Below are positions 8,227 through 16,748 of a stretch of 19,726 nucleotides of DNA, in pieces (the stretch's first letter is position 1; the number at the start of each line of letters is the position of its first letter). Both the position numbers and the translations under genes were made by a program. The notes beneath the pieces were generated by a model. The model ran no database searches, was not told where the DNA came from, and saw nothing but the letters and a program-made list of their open reading frames with translations. Source of the DNA: Acidobacteriota bacterium (lineage in GTDB: Bacteria > Acidobacteriota > UBA6911 > JACQSX01); contig DASXQR010000113.1 in assembly GCA_036507075.1 (NCBI GenBank), forward strand, positions 1-19,726. Reading direction: 5' to 3'.

Positions 8227-9369
8227 TTAAGTCAAGTTTTCCAAAATTCCGGCGGCTCCCATTCCGCCGCCGACACACATGGTCACCATTCCGTATTTGG
8301 CCCGGCGGCGCTGCATCTCGCGCAGAATACCGGCAACCAGTTTGGCGCCCGTGCAGCCGAGCGGATGCCCCAGCGCAACGGCGCCTCCATTCACGTTGAC
8401 CCGCTCGAGAAGCAGGCCGGCGGTTCGGATCACCGCCAGAGCCTGGGCGGCAAAGGCTTCATTCAGTTCGATCAGTTCGATCTGATCCAATGTGAGACCG
8501 GCTTGGTCAAGAGCCTTCGGGATAGCCGCAACCGGGCCGATGCCCATCATTTCCGGTGTCACTCCCGCAGTAGCAAAGGCGACCAGCCGGGCTGCGGGCT
8601 GAAGGTTCAAATCGCGCATCGCTTTCTCGGAAACCACCAGTGCTGCCGCCGCGCCGTCGGACATCTGCGACGAATTGCCGGCAGTTACCGTGCCGCCGTT
8701 CTGAAAAGCGGGTTTCAGCGCGGCCAGGGCGGAAAGGGAAGTGTCGGGCCGCGGCCCTTCATCGAGTGTGAATTCGTGACCGTTCACTTTCACCGGCACC
8801 AACTCATCGTCAAACAGTCCGGCATCCTGCGCGTGTATCGCCTTTTTGTGGCTTTCCAGTGAATACTGATCCTGTTCCTCGCGCGAAATATTGAAGTGCC
8901 GCGCCAGATTCTCGGCGGTCAATCCCATATTCAGGTACACGTCAGGGTAAGTGGCCACCAGCGTGGGGTTTGGTGAAACCTTGTGGCCGCCCATCGGCAC
9001 CATGCTCATGCTCTCGGTCCCCCCTGCCAGGATGCAATTGGCTCCTCCGGCGGCGATGCGGTCGCAGGCAAGCGCAATGGCTTGCAGCCCACTGGAGCAG
9101 AAGCGGTTAATGGTCATGGCGGAAGTCGAGTGCGGCAGGCCCGCTCTGAGACTCGCGATCCGGGCCACATTCATACCTTGCTCGGCTTCAGGCATGGCGC
9201 AGCCCAGAATCACGTCGTCCACAGATTCTTGAGGCACTGAAGGATGGCGACGGAAAATCTCTTCGAAGACTGCAGCCGCCAGATCATCGGGCCTGGTTTT
9301 GCTCAACGTTCCCCGTGGTGCTTTTCCGACGGGCGTTCGAAGACAGTCAATAATGTAAGGTGTGTTCAT
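8227..9369 (-). CDS. fadA: Acetyl-CoA C-acyltransferase (3-ketoacyl-CoA thiolase)
   Basis: [10 protein letters not shown] (catalytic Cys), [29 protein letters not shown]. Confidence 0.95.
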   Translation of the reverse strand: MNTPYIIDCLRTPVGKAPRGTLSKTRPDDLAAAVFEEIFRRHPSVPQESVDDVILGCAMPEAEQGMNVARIASLRAGLPHSTSAMTINRFCSSGLQAIALACDRIAAGGANCILAGGTESMSMVPMGGHKVSPNPTLVATYPDVYLNMGLTAENLARHFNISREEQDQYSLESHKKAIHAQDAGLFDDELVPVKVNGHEFTLDEGPRPDTSLSALAALKPAFQNGGTVTAGNSSQMSDGAAAALVVSEKAMRDLNLQPAARLVAFATAGVTPEMMGIGPVAAIPKALDQAGLTLDQIELIELNEAFAAQALAVIRTAGLLLERVNVNGGAVALGHPLGCTGAKLVAGILREMQRRRAKYGMVTMCVGGGMGAAGILENLT

Positions 9370-9385
9370 AAAAAACTCCTTGCCA

Positions 9386-9620
9386 CGGGTTACGGGTTTT
9401 CGAGTTACGAGTTTTCGGGTTACCGGTTTTCGGGTTTTCGGGTTACGGGTTTTCGGGTTTTCAGGTTACGGGTTTCAAGCTATGAGTCAGATGTGAATTA
9501 CCGATCCTCGGATTCAGAAATTCGAACTTGCCGTCCCGAACTCGTAGCTTCCAACCTGCAACCCGCCAGTAACTCATAAACCCGAAACCCATAACCCGTA
9601 ACCCGAAAACCCGAAACTCG
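9386..9620. repeat. Inverted tandem-repeat element: (CGGGTTA/CGGGTTTT)n arm, core, (AACCCG)n arm
   Basis: Left arm 9386-9476; right arm ~9535-9620, more decayed towards the core. Confidence 0.9.
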
Positions 9621-9632
9621 TCACTGGCCCGC

Positions 9633-12005
9633 TCAATTCCTTAGAGGTTTACCCGTCTTCAACATGTGCTGGATGCGTTCCTGCGTTTTGCGCTCGCCGC
9701 ACAATGAGAGGAACACTTCGCGCTCCAGGTCCAGCATATCCTGCTCGCTCATGGTGGCGCCGGCAGGACGATTCCCGCCCGTCAAGATCCAGGCGAGCTT
9801 GCGTCCGATATGAGCGTCGTATTCGGAAATATAACCGGCGCGGAGCATCATGTGCACGCCAAGCTCCAGGACGGCGCGCGCGTCTGTTCCGCCCGCTGGC
9901 AAATCCTTTCGCTGCAACGGCGCGCGATATGCCTGCGAAGCGAGATAAAGCGCCTGGCGTTTGGCGTCCTCAATCAAACGCGATCGCTGCAGGGTGAGCG
10001 GAACGCAGCGAGAGATAAAATTCATGGCACGTGCCTGGAGCGCACTCTGGGAAACTTTCGCCGTCCCGATCGTTTCAAAAGTGCTCCGCAATGCCTTTTC
10101 CAGGGGAACTTCCGGGGATGAATCGATGTTTTTGATGAAAAGCTCCTTGGTTCCGCCGCCCGCCGGAATCAAGCCGACGCCGACCTCGACCAGGCCCATG
10201 TAAAGTTCGGCAAAAGGCTGGCAGAAACGCGCCGCGAGACAGATCTCCGCGCCGCCCCCGAGCGTCAACCCGAACGGCGCGCAAACCACGGGCTTGGACG
10301 CAAACTTGATCGAGGAAGTCATATCCTGGAACTTGCGAATCATGAGATCAATGTCGTCCCAGTTTTCATCCTGGATTTCCAGCAGGAGCATCATCAAGTT
10401 CGCTCCCGCCGAAAAATTTTCGGCGTAGTTGCCCACCACCAGCGCATCGAAGCGGGATTTGAGCGTCTCGATGGCGGCATCAGCCATTTCGACCGCATCG
10501 GGGCCGAGTGTATTCATCTTTGAATGGAATTCCAGGCATGCCACGCCATCGCCCAAGTCGTGAAGGCTTGCCCCGTCGTTCTTTTGAACCGGCAAGCTGC
10601 GCTTCAAGATTTCAGTAGCACGGTTCAGTGGCGCGTATCTTGTCCAGGCGAGGTCAAAGTACTCGCCGTTCCGGTAAAAACTGGAGGCATTGGCATGCAG
10701 CATGCGCTCCACGTTCAGCGGGAGGGGATGGCCCTCGGATTTCCACTTTTGCGCCGACCACTGTACTCCGATCTGGTCCCACAACTGGAAAGGCCCGAGC
10801 TCCCAGTTGTATCCCCATCGCATGGCGTCATCGATGGCCACCGGAGTTTCGCTGATTTCGGGAACTTTTTCAGCCGCATAGCAAAACAACGGCATCACTG
10901 TCTGCCAGACGAAGCTCGAGTATTTGTCCTCGGCGCCCTGGAACAATTTCTGTAGCCGCTCCCCTACTGATTCCACTGAGGCGAGCAAGTCAAGCGCGGG
11001 GATCTGCGGCTTCTGCCGGGGTCGATATTCGATCGTTTTCAAGTCCAGTGTCTGGATTTCACCGCCTGCTTTGTCTTTGCGGTAAAATCCTCCACCGGTC
11101 TTTTCGCCCAGCATTTTCCTCTCAAACATTGTGCGCAGCACCAGCCGCGCGGATTCAGGCAGTTCAAACAGCTCTTTTTCCCGAGGGAGCAACTCCTGAA
11201 GATTCTTGCCGACGAAAGTGAAGACATCGAGACCGACAATGTCCGCCAAACGGAAGGTCGCCGATTTGGGGCGGCCCAGGAATGTCCCCGTCAACGCGTC
11301 CACTTCCTCGATAGTCAGGCCCATCTCAAACGCGCTGCGAATTGTGGATATCGCCGCAAAAGATCCAATCCGGTTGGCTATGAAATTGGGGGTGTCTTTG
11401 GCACGCACTATCTGCTTGCCGAGAAAACGCTCACAAAACTCCGACAGGGTGGCGACAACGGCGGGATCCGTGTCGGCGGTGGGTATGATTTCGACCAGCC
11501 GCATGTAGCGGGGTGGGTTGAAGAAGTGAGTTCCGGCCCATCGAGGCTTGCGTGAAGCCGGAAAAACCGAAGCGATCGAGTAAATGGGGATGCCCGACGT
11601 GTTGGAACTGAGTATCGCGCTTTGCGCCGCATGGGGCAGCACGCGCTCCAAAAGCTGCCTCTTGGCTTCGAGATTTTCCACTATCGCTTCGATAATCCAA
11701 TCGCATTGTGCCAGCCGCGGCAGATCGTCTTCGAAATTCCCGATTTCGATATAAGCGGAAAGTTCCGGCGTGAAGAATGCCGCGGGCTTCACCTTGAGGG
11801 CAAATTCCAGGCCGGACCGGGCATAGCGGTTGCGGAATTCCGGGTGAGACGGATCGAGTTTTTTCTTTTGCTCCTGCTCGCTCAACTCTTCGGGAACCCG
11901 ATCGAGAAGCAGGCACGGAATGGATGCGTTGGCAAGGTGGGCGGCAATCTGGGCGCCCATGGTGCCCGCACCGAGAACGCCGACCTTTCGGATCTGAGAT
12001 TTCAT
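9633..12005 (-). CDS. fadN: 3-hydroxyacyl-CoA dehydrogenase / enoyl-CoA hydratase (FadN type)
   Basis: GAGTMG Rossmann motif, EAIVENL, SSNTSGIP, HFFNPPRYM, followed by a crotonase domain (FSAGANL, GGGAE, GLVEVGVGLIP) and the C-terminus MLKTGKPLRN. Start ATG at 12005 overlaps the ligase stop (TGATG). Confidence 0.93.
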   Translation of the reverse strand: MKSQIRKVGVLGAGTMGAQIAAHLANASIPCLLLDRVPEELSEQEQKKKLDPSHPEFRNRYARSGLEFALKVKPAAFFTPELSAYIEIGNFEDDLPRLAQCDWIIEAIVENLEAKRQLLERVLPHAAQSAILSSNTSGIPIYSIASVFPASRKPRWAGTHFFNPPRYMRLVEIIPTADTDPAVVATLSEFCERFLGKQIVRAKDTPNFIANRIGSFAAISTIRSAFEMGLTIEEVDALTGTFLGRPKSATFRLADIVGLDVFTFVGKNLQELLPREKELFELPESARLVLRTMFERKMLGEKTGGGFYRKDKAGGEIQTLDLKTIEYRPRQKPQIPALDLLASVESVGERLQKLFQGAEDKYSSFVWQTVMPLFCYAAEKVPEISETPVAIDDAMRWGYNWELGPFQLWDQIGVQWSAQKWKSEGHPLPLNVERMLHANASSFYRNGEYFDLAWTRYAPLNRATEILKRSLPVQKNDGASLHDLGDGVACLEFHSKMNTLGPDAVEMADAAIETLKSRFDALVVGNYAENFSAGANLMMLLLEIQDENWDDIDLMIRKFQDMTSSIKFASKPVVCAPFGLTLGGGAEICLAARFCQPFAELYMGLVEVGVGLIPAGGGTKELFIKNIDSSPEVPLEKALRSTFETIGTAKVSQSALQARAMNFISRCVPLTLQRSRLIEDAKRQALYLASQAYRAPLQRKDLPAGGTDARAVLELGVHMMLRAGYISEYDAHIGRKLAWILTGGNRPAGATMSEQDMLDLEREVFLSLCGERKTQERIQHMLKTGKPLRN

Positions 12006-13576
12006 CAGTGCACCCGCTTGGTGTGTCCCGCCCAAAATGGCTCGCGCAGCTCGCGCTTCAAGATTTTTCCGGTGCCGCCCTTGGGTAGGGCTTCGCGAAA
12101 GTGAAAAACTTTTGGCACTTTGAAGGCCGCCAGATGCTTCCGGCAGTAAGCGTCCATTTCCTCAGCGCTGATGGGCTTGCCCGAGCGCGTGACAATTAGC
12201 GCGCAGGGAGCTTCACCCCATCTTTCATCCGGGATCGGAATCACGGCGCACTCCAGCACATCGGGATGCGCATAAAGAACGTTTTCGATTTCCAGCGAGG
12301 GAATGTTCTCTCCGCCGCTGACGATGATGTCCTTCTTGCGATCAACGATCAGAAGATAATTTTCCGAATCGATCACGCCCATGTCTCCGGTGTGAAACCA
12401 GCCGTCTTTAATCGCCTCCCGTGTGGCTTCCGGCTGGTTCCAGTATCCTTTCATCACCGCGTCGCCTCGCAGCACGACCTCGCCCACTTCTTTTCCATCC
12501 TGCTTCACGTCTTTGCCTTCGGCGTCGACCACGCGCGCCTCCATTCCGATAAATTCGATGCCGGCGGTGGCAAGCCAGTTGGTGCGTTCCTCCAGGGAAT
12601 GATCCAGCAGCGTGTCCTTGATATGCGCCGTGGTTGCCACCGGAGAGGTTTCCGTTAGACCATAGCCTCCCCGCACATCATCGCAGAAGACCTTCCGCAT
12701 GTTGGCTATCAGCGTAGGATTGGAAGCGGCGCCGCCGATCATGACGTGCTGCACGGAACTGAGATCTGCTTTCACTTTTTCCTGCGCCTGAAGAAGGGCA
12801 ATCGCCATGGTGGGCACCAGGCAGAAGGTGGTGACTTTTTCGCGTTCGATCAGATGCAGCACTTCCGCGGGATCGAACCGACGGAGCATGACATGCCTGC
12901 CGCCCGTCGCCGTTACGGTGTGCGGGCTTCCCCATCCATTGACGTGAAACAAAGGTATGGTGTGCAGATAGACCTCCGAATCTTTGGGACGAAGAGTGGC
13001 CATGTTGGAGTAGGCGTGCAGGTAAAGGTTGCGATGCGTAAGCATCACGCCTTTGTTGTTTCCTGTAGTCCCGCTGGTGTAAAAGAGCTCGGCCACTTCA
13101 TCCTCATCGATTCCCATGTCAAAATGGTAGTGATCGGGCGCGGACGCAATCAAACTCTCGTAGCTGATTTCTCCGTTACCGGCCGTCAGTGGAATGGCGT
13201 GAACCACGCCGCTGCGGCTGCAAGCCTGCACCATCGGCGCGAACTCGGCATCATAAAACAGAAATTTCGCCCCTGCATCTGCGACGATGCCGGCCAGTTC
13301 TTCGGGCCGCAGCCGCAGATTGAGGGGCAGCAGGATGCCGCCGGCCTGCAGCACGCCGTAGTAGGCTTCCAGCAATCGATGGCAGTTAAAGCTCAGGTAA
13401 GCGACGCGGTCTTTCGGCCTCAGTCCCAACGCCTGCAGGGCGTTTCCGCATTGATTGGAGCGCTGCGCAAACTGCGCATAAGTGAAACGCTCCTGGCCGC
13501 AGACCACTCCCGTCTTGGTTCCGTAGAGCCGGGCGGCGCGTTCTTTAAACCGAATCGGTGTCAAAGGCACATTCAT
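12005..13576 (-). CDS. fadD: Long-chain fatty-acid--CoA ligase (AMP-binding)
   Basis: YTSGTTGNNKG, GYGLTET, GWFHTGD, DRKKDIIVSGGENI, LPKGGTGKI. Confidence 0.88.
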   Translation of the reverse strand: MNVPLTPIRFKERAARLYGTKTGVVCGQERFTYAQFAQRSNQCGNALQALGLRPKDRVAYLSFNCHRLLEAYYGVLQAGGILLPLNLRLRPEELAGIVADAGAKFLFYDAEFAPMVQACSRSGVVHAIPLTAGNGEISYESLIASAPDHYHFDMGIDEDEVAELFYTSGTTGNNKGVMLTHRNLYLHAYSNMATLRPKDSEVYLHTIPLFHVNGWGSPHTVTATGGRHVMLRRFDPAEVLHLIEREKVTTFCLVPTMAIALLQAQEKVKADLSSVQHVMIGGAASNPTLIANMRKVFCDDVRGGYGLTETSPVATTAHIKDTLLDHSLEERTNWLATAGIEFIGMEARVVDAEGKDVKQDGKEVGEVVLRGDAVMKGYWNQPEATREAIKDGWFHTGDMGVIDSENYLLIVDRKKDIIVSGGENIPSLEIENVLYAHPDVLECAVIPIPDERWGEAPCALIVTRSGKPISAEEMDAYCRKHLAAFKVPKVFHFREALPKGGTGKILKRELREPFWAGHTKRVH

Positions 13577-13585
13577 GGAGGCTTC

Positions 13586-14179
13586 TCACGTGGAGATTCC
13601 GCGGAAGAATGTCTGAAATATCGCATCCGCGGTGGAGGCTAACGGATATTTCTTTTTGCTTAACATCCAATTGGTTGTCATTTCATCCAGCGCGCCGAAA
13701 AGCACCTTGCTGGCAATGCTGCTGTCCACGTCTCTGCGGATGGTGCCGTTTTTTTGTCCCGCTTCGATCACGCTGCGAATCACTCTCAGATACTCGGCCA
13801 CCCGGGTGGCGGAGAACTGCTCCATGAACTTGATCGAATGCCGCAGTTCCACTTGAAAGACCACTGCCAGATCGGCGTCGTTTTCCATCAGTTCCAGATG
13901 CATTTTAATAATCTTGCGAAGCCTGGCAACCGGATCTTTCAGTTGCGACAGCTCCCGATTGATGCAGTCCATCACCTCATCCATCACATGGTTGAAAATG
14001 GAAACCAGGATGTCGTCCTTGTTTTTGAAATAGAGGTAGACGGTGCCGTCGGCCACGCCCGCCTGGCGGGCGACATCGGCCACCGTAGAGTTGAAGAATC
14101 CGCGCCGGGCAAAGACTTTAATTGATGCCTTCAGGATGGTGTCGTATTTTTCGTAATGGACCGCGCGCTGCGCTTTCAT
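13586..14179 (-). CDS. fadR: TetR-family fatty-acid degradation repressor (B. subtilis FadR/YsiA type)
   Basis: HTH AGVADGTVYLYFKNKDDIL plus C-terminal VFQVELRHS and FGALDEMTTNWML..KYPL closely resemble B. subtilis FadR as I recall it. Start at 14179 preferred; 14200 is possible. Confidence 0.88.
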   Translation of the reverse strand: MKAQRAVHYEKYDTILKASIKVFARRGFFNSTVADVARQAGVADGTVYLYFKNKDDILVSIFNHVMDEVMDCINRELSQLKDPVARLRKIIKMHLELMENDADLAVVFQVELRHSIKFMEQFSATRVAEYLRVIRSVIEAGQKNGTIRRDVDSSIASKVLFGALDEMTTNWMLSKKKYPLASTADAIFQTFFRGIST

Positions 14180-14181
14180 AG

Positions 14182-14199
14182 TGAATGAATATTCATTCA
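14182..14199. promoter_or_regulatory. FadR operator (perfect 18-bp palindrome)
   Basis: TGAATGAATATTCATTCA matches the Bacillus FadR box TGAATGANTANTCATTCA and lies just upstream of fadR. Confidence 0.9.
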
Positions 14200-14228
14200 T
14201 TTTAGCCGGGCCCGGAGGAAAAGAGCAA
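14199..14228 (-). promoter_or_regulatory. Probable sigma70 promoter of the fad operon
   Basis: TTGCTC (14223-14228), 18 bp spacer, TAAAAT (14199-14204); the predicted start site falls inside the operator. Confidence 0.65.
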
Positions 14229-14246
14229 GCAAAAGTCTGGGGCATG

Positions 14247-14308
14247 GGGTTAAGAACTTCGTGCCTTCATGTCTTCGTGGCAATCATGTTTGTGAATAAT
14301 CCGGGCTT
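14247..14308. repeat. Dispersed repeat, copy 2
   Basis: gggttaagaa-cttcgtgccttcatgtcttcgtggcaatcatgtttgtgaataatccgggctt, homologous to 5949-6035. Confidence 0.85.
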
Positions 14309-14333
14309 ATGCGCGCGGTTCGGCTGGCAATCG

Positions 14334-14439
14334 CCCTTCATCCCCTTCATCCCCCCTTCATCCCCTTCATCCCCTTCATCTCCCCTTCATAACCCTTCAT
14401 AACCCTTCACAACCCTTCACAACCCTTCACAACCCTTCA
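14334..14439. repeat. Tandem array of 11 CCCTTCA-containing 9-11 nt units starting at the TPR stop codon
   Basis: Units ccccttcat, aacccttcat and aacccttcac; the TGA stop is part of the terminal unit. Confidence 0.95.
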
Positions 14440-14922
14440 ATTCACCCGCCTTTTTAGCTGCCGGATCGCTTCCAGAGCCACCACGTAATCGGGCTGCAGC
14501 CGGGCGGCTTCCTGAAAATGGAAAAGGGCGCGATTAAACAACTCTTTGGCCAGGAAAATGCGCCCCAGATTGAAATGCGGGAAATGGTATGACTCGTAAC
14601 GGGGAGCCCGAATCGCCTTGCGCAGCCATGGGATCGCCTCGTCCAGTTTGCCCTTCTGGATCAGATATGCCCCGATGTCGTTGTAGGGGTTTCCAAAATC
14701 AGGATCGACGTTAATCGCCTTGCGGCATTCGGCAATGGCTTCGTCCAGCCGGCCCTGAAAGCTGTAGGTCCATCCGAGAAACGTGTAGGCTTCTGCGGTG
14801 GGGAAAGCTTCGATGGATTCTTTGTAGTATTGCTCGGCCAGGTCCAACTCCCCTTCCACCTGGTGCTGGTAAGCCTGGCTGAATAATTCCCACGCAAGAG
14901 TTAAGTCTTCCTGGTCTGCCAT
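14437..14922 (-). CDS. Tetratricopeptide-repeat protein
   Basis: Successive TPR motifs (AEAYTFLGWTY...EAI, NPYNDIGAYL...EAI, PHFNLGRIF...AL). Confidence 0.9.
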   Translation of the reverse strand: MADQEDLTLAWELFSQAYQHQVEGELDLAEQYYKESIEAFPTAEAYTFLGWTYSFQGRLDEAIAECRKAINVDPDFGNPYNDIGAYLIQKGKLDEAIPWLRKAIRAPRYESYHFPHFNLGRIFLAKELFNRALFHFQEAARLQPDYVVALEAIRQLKRRVN

Positions 14923-15021
14923 CGTGCGGAATTTTACAACCTTCTGCCGGCGCGCAATAGGGCGCCGATCACTTGCGCGGTAAAGTTATAGAAATAAGGT
15001 ACATCGACTCTCTTGGCACAC

Positions 15022-15175
15022 TTCCGAATACGGGTTGCGGGATGCGGGATGCGGAATGCGGAATGGCATATGTCCAACTTGATTCTTCCAAACCAAGAAC
15101 CAGTCTTTTTTTCCAAGCCGAGATCGGAATCGCTCCCTATTCCGCATTCCGCATTCCGAAATCCGCATTCTGGAA
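15022..15175. repeat. Inverted tandem-repeat element: (GCGGRAT)n arm, ~73 bp core, (ATTCCGC)n arm
   Basis: Left 15022-15065 ttccgaatacgggttgcgggatgcgggatgcggaatgcggaatg; right 15139-15175 attccgcattccgcattccgaaatccgcattctggaa. Confidence 0.9.
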
Positions 15176-15234
15176 AGGTTTTGGCCTGTGGCCGACTGCG
15201 ATCTCAAAGTGTCTCTGCAGTCAACTCGACTTTC

Positions 15235-16290
15235 CTACAATTCTTCCAGAATCGCGTCGGTCATCTGGCGCGTTGAAAGCGCCTTGCCGGCGGGATGCAA
15301 ATCCGCCGTGCGGCAACCCTTCTCGAGAGCCGCGCCCACAGCCCGGCGGATTTGCGCGGCCCCATCAATAATCTTCAGGGTGTGCTCGAACAGCATGGCG
15401 ATACACAGGATGGAAGCAATCGGATTGGCGATTCCTTTTCCCGCAATGTCGGGAGCGGTGCCGTGAATCGGTTCGTAAAGCGCCTTTCCGCTTCCCAGGC
15501 TCGCGGAAGGAAGCATTCCAAGCGATCCCGCGATTACGGCTGCTTCGTCGGTGAGGATGTCTCCGAACATGTTGTTTGTGAGTACCACATCGAAGCTCGA
15601 AGGCGTGGTTATTAACTGCATCGCAAAGCTGTCAACCAGACGGTGTTCCAGTTGAACGTCCGTGTAGTGGCTGTGAACGTCGGTAACGACATCGCGCCAC
15701 AGCCTGGATGTTTCCAGAATATTGGATTTATCGACACTGGTAACTTTCTTCCTGCGATTGCGGGCGGTTTCGAACGCCAGGCGCGCGATGCGCTCGATTT
15801 CAGGACGCGTGTAGAGTTCCGTGTCGACAGCGCGATCCTTTTCCCGGTGTTTCGGCTGGGCGAAGTAAATACCGCCTGTCAGTTCCCGGAAGAACAGGAT
15901 GTCTGCGCCTCTGATAATCGAGGGTTTCAAGCTCGAGCTGTCTTCCATGCCCCGCCAGACATAAACCGGCCTGAGGTTGGCAAAAAGCCCCAGCTCCTTG
16001 CGCAGCGTCAGGAGCGCTCGCTCGGGCCGCCGCGCCAGAGATTCGTTGTCCCATTCCGGTCCTCCCACGCAGCCCAACAGCACAGCGTCGCAATTCCTTG
16101 CCTTCTCGAGTACGGAATCCTGAAGCGCCACGCCGTGCGCCTTGACGCTGGCGCCCCCCGCCAACTCTTCTGCCAGATCCAAACTGACAGCATGTTTGCG
16201 GGCACACCGCTCCAGCACTGCGACGGCGCTGGGAATCACTTCAGTGCCGACACCGTCGCCGGGAAGCACCAGTAGTTTCAGTCGTTTCAC
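15235..16290 (-). CDS. leuB: 3-isopropylmalate dehydrogenase
   Basis: LPGDGVGTE, VGGPEWD...RPERALLTLRK..LFANLRP, RELTGGIYF, VDKSNIL, NMFGDILTDEAA, YEPIHGTAPDIAGKGIANP; GTG start with GGAG SD. Confidence 0.92.
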   Translation of the reverse strand: MKRLKLLVLPGDGVGTEVIPSAVAVLERCARKHAVSLDLAEELAGGASVKAHGVALQDSVLEKARNCDAVLLGCVGGPEWDNESLARRPERALLTLRKELGLFANLRPVYVWRGMEDSSSLKPSIIRGADILFFRELTGGIYFAQPKHREKDRAVDTELYTRPEIERIARLAFETARNRRKKVTSVDKSNILETSRLWRDVVTDVHSHYTDVQLEHRLVDSFAMQLITTPSSFDVVLTNNMFGDILTDEAAVIAGSLGMLPSASLGSGKALYEPIHGTAPDIAGKGIANPIASILCIAMLFEHTLKIIDGAAQIRRAVGAALEKGCRTADLHPAGKALSTRQMTDAILEEL

Positions 16291-16309
16291 GGCCTTGCTC
16301 CGTAAGGAT

Positions 16310-16374
16310 ATTGCCGATTTAAAAATTGGAAACTTTCAATTTTCAAATCTTTAAACCTTCAAATTTTCAAATTG
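16310..16374. repeat. AT-rich inverted 8-nt repeat element (TTTGAAAA / TTTTCAAA) overlapping the cupin stop
   Basis: gatttaaaaattggaa (16316-16331) pairs 14/16 with tttcaattttcaaatc (16334-16349); further ctttaaa/cttcaaa/tttcaaa units extend into the cupin gene. Confidence 0.75.
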
Positions 16375-16686
16375 ATTGGGCGCCATCACGACAGCGACGA
16401 TCGCCCGATTGCCGGAATGGTTGGCAATCCCGTGCGCCATCCCGGCGCTTGCAACCGCCGCTTGATTTTTTTGCAACGGCTGCTGCTCGCTTTCCAGCGT
16501 GACTTGGACCGTTCCTTCAAGGACCAGATAGATCTTGTCATTGGCGGCATGCCGATGGACTTGTTGCTCCTGGCCCGGCTCGAGACAGTAAATATCAAAA
16601 AACATCCTTGGGCTGGAGAAGAGATTCTTCTTTTTGAATTTTACGCTCTGAAATTCCGCACTTTCAATCAGATCGAATATCTGCAT
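16351..16686 (-). CDS. Cupin-domain protein
   Basis: LEPGQEQQVHRH..NDKIYLVLEG and AGMAHGIAN cupin motifs. Confidence 0.9.
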   Translation of the reverse strand: MQIFDLIESAEFQSVKFKKKNLFSSPRMFFDIYCLEPGQEQQVHRHAANDKIYLVLEGTVQVTLESEQQPLQKNQAAVASAGMAHGIANHSGNRAIVAVVMAPNQFENLKV

Positions 16687-16748
16687 GGCTTCACCGTACG
16701 CGCCGTCTCCGGCTTAGATCTAATGGTTGCCGCATCGAGCCGAGTTGC

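Noticed and set aside
14180..14245. fadR start at 14245
   Set aside because: It would run through the predicted promoter and operator, and similarity to FadR begins near 14179.
14334..14439. CRISPR array (also considered for the other arrays)
   Set aside because: Units are 6-11 nt and contiguous, with no unique 25-45 nt spacers and no cas genes.
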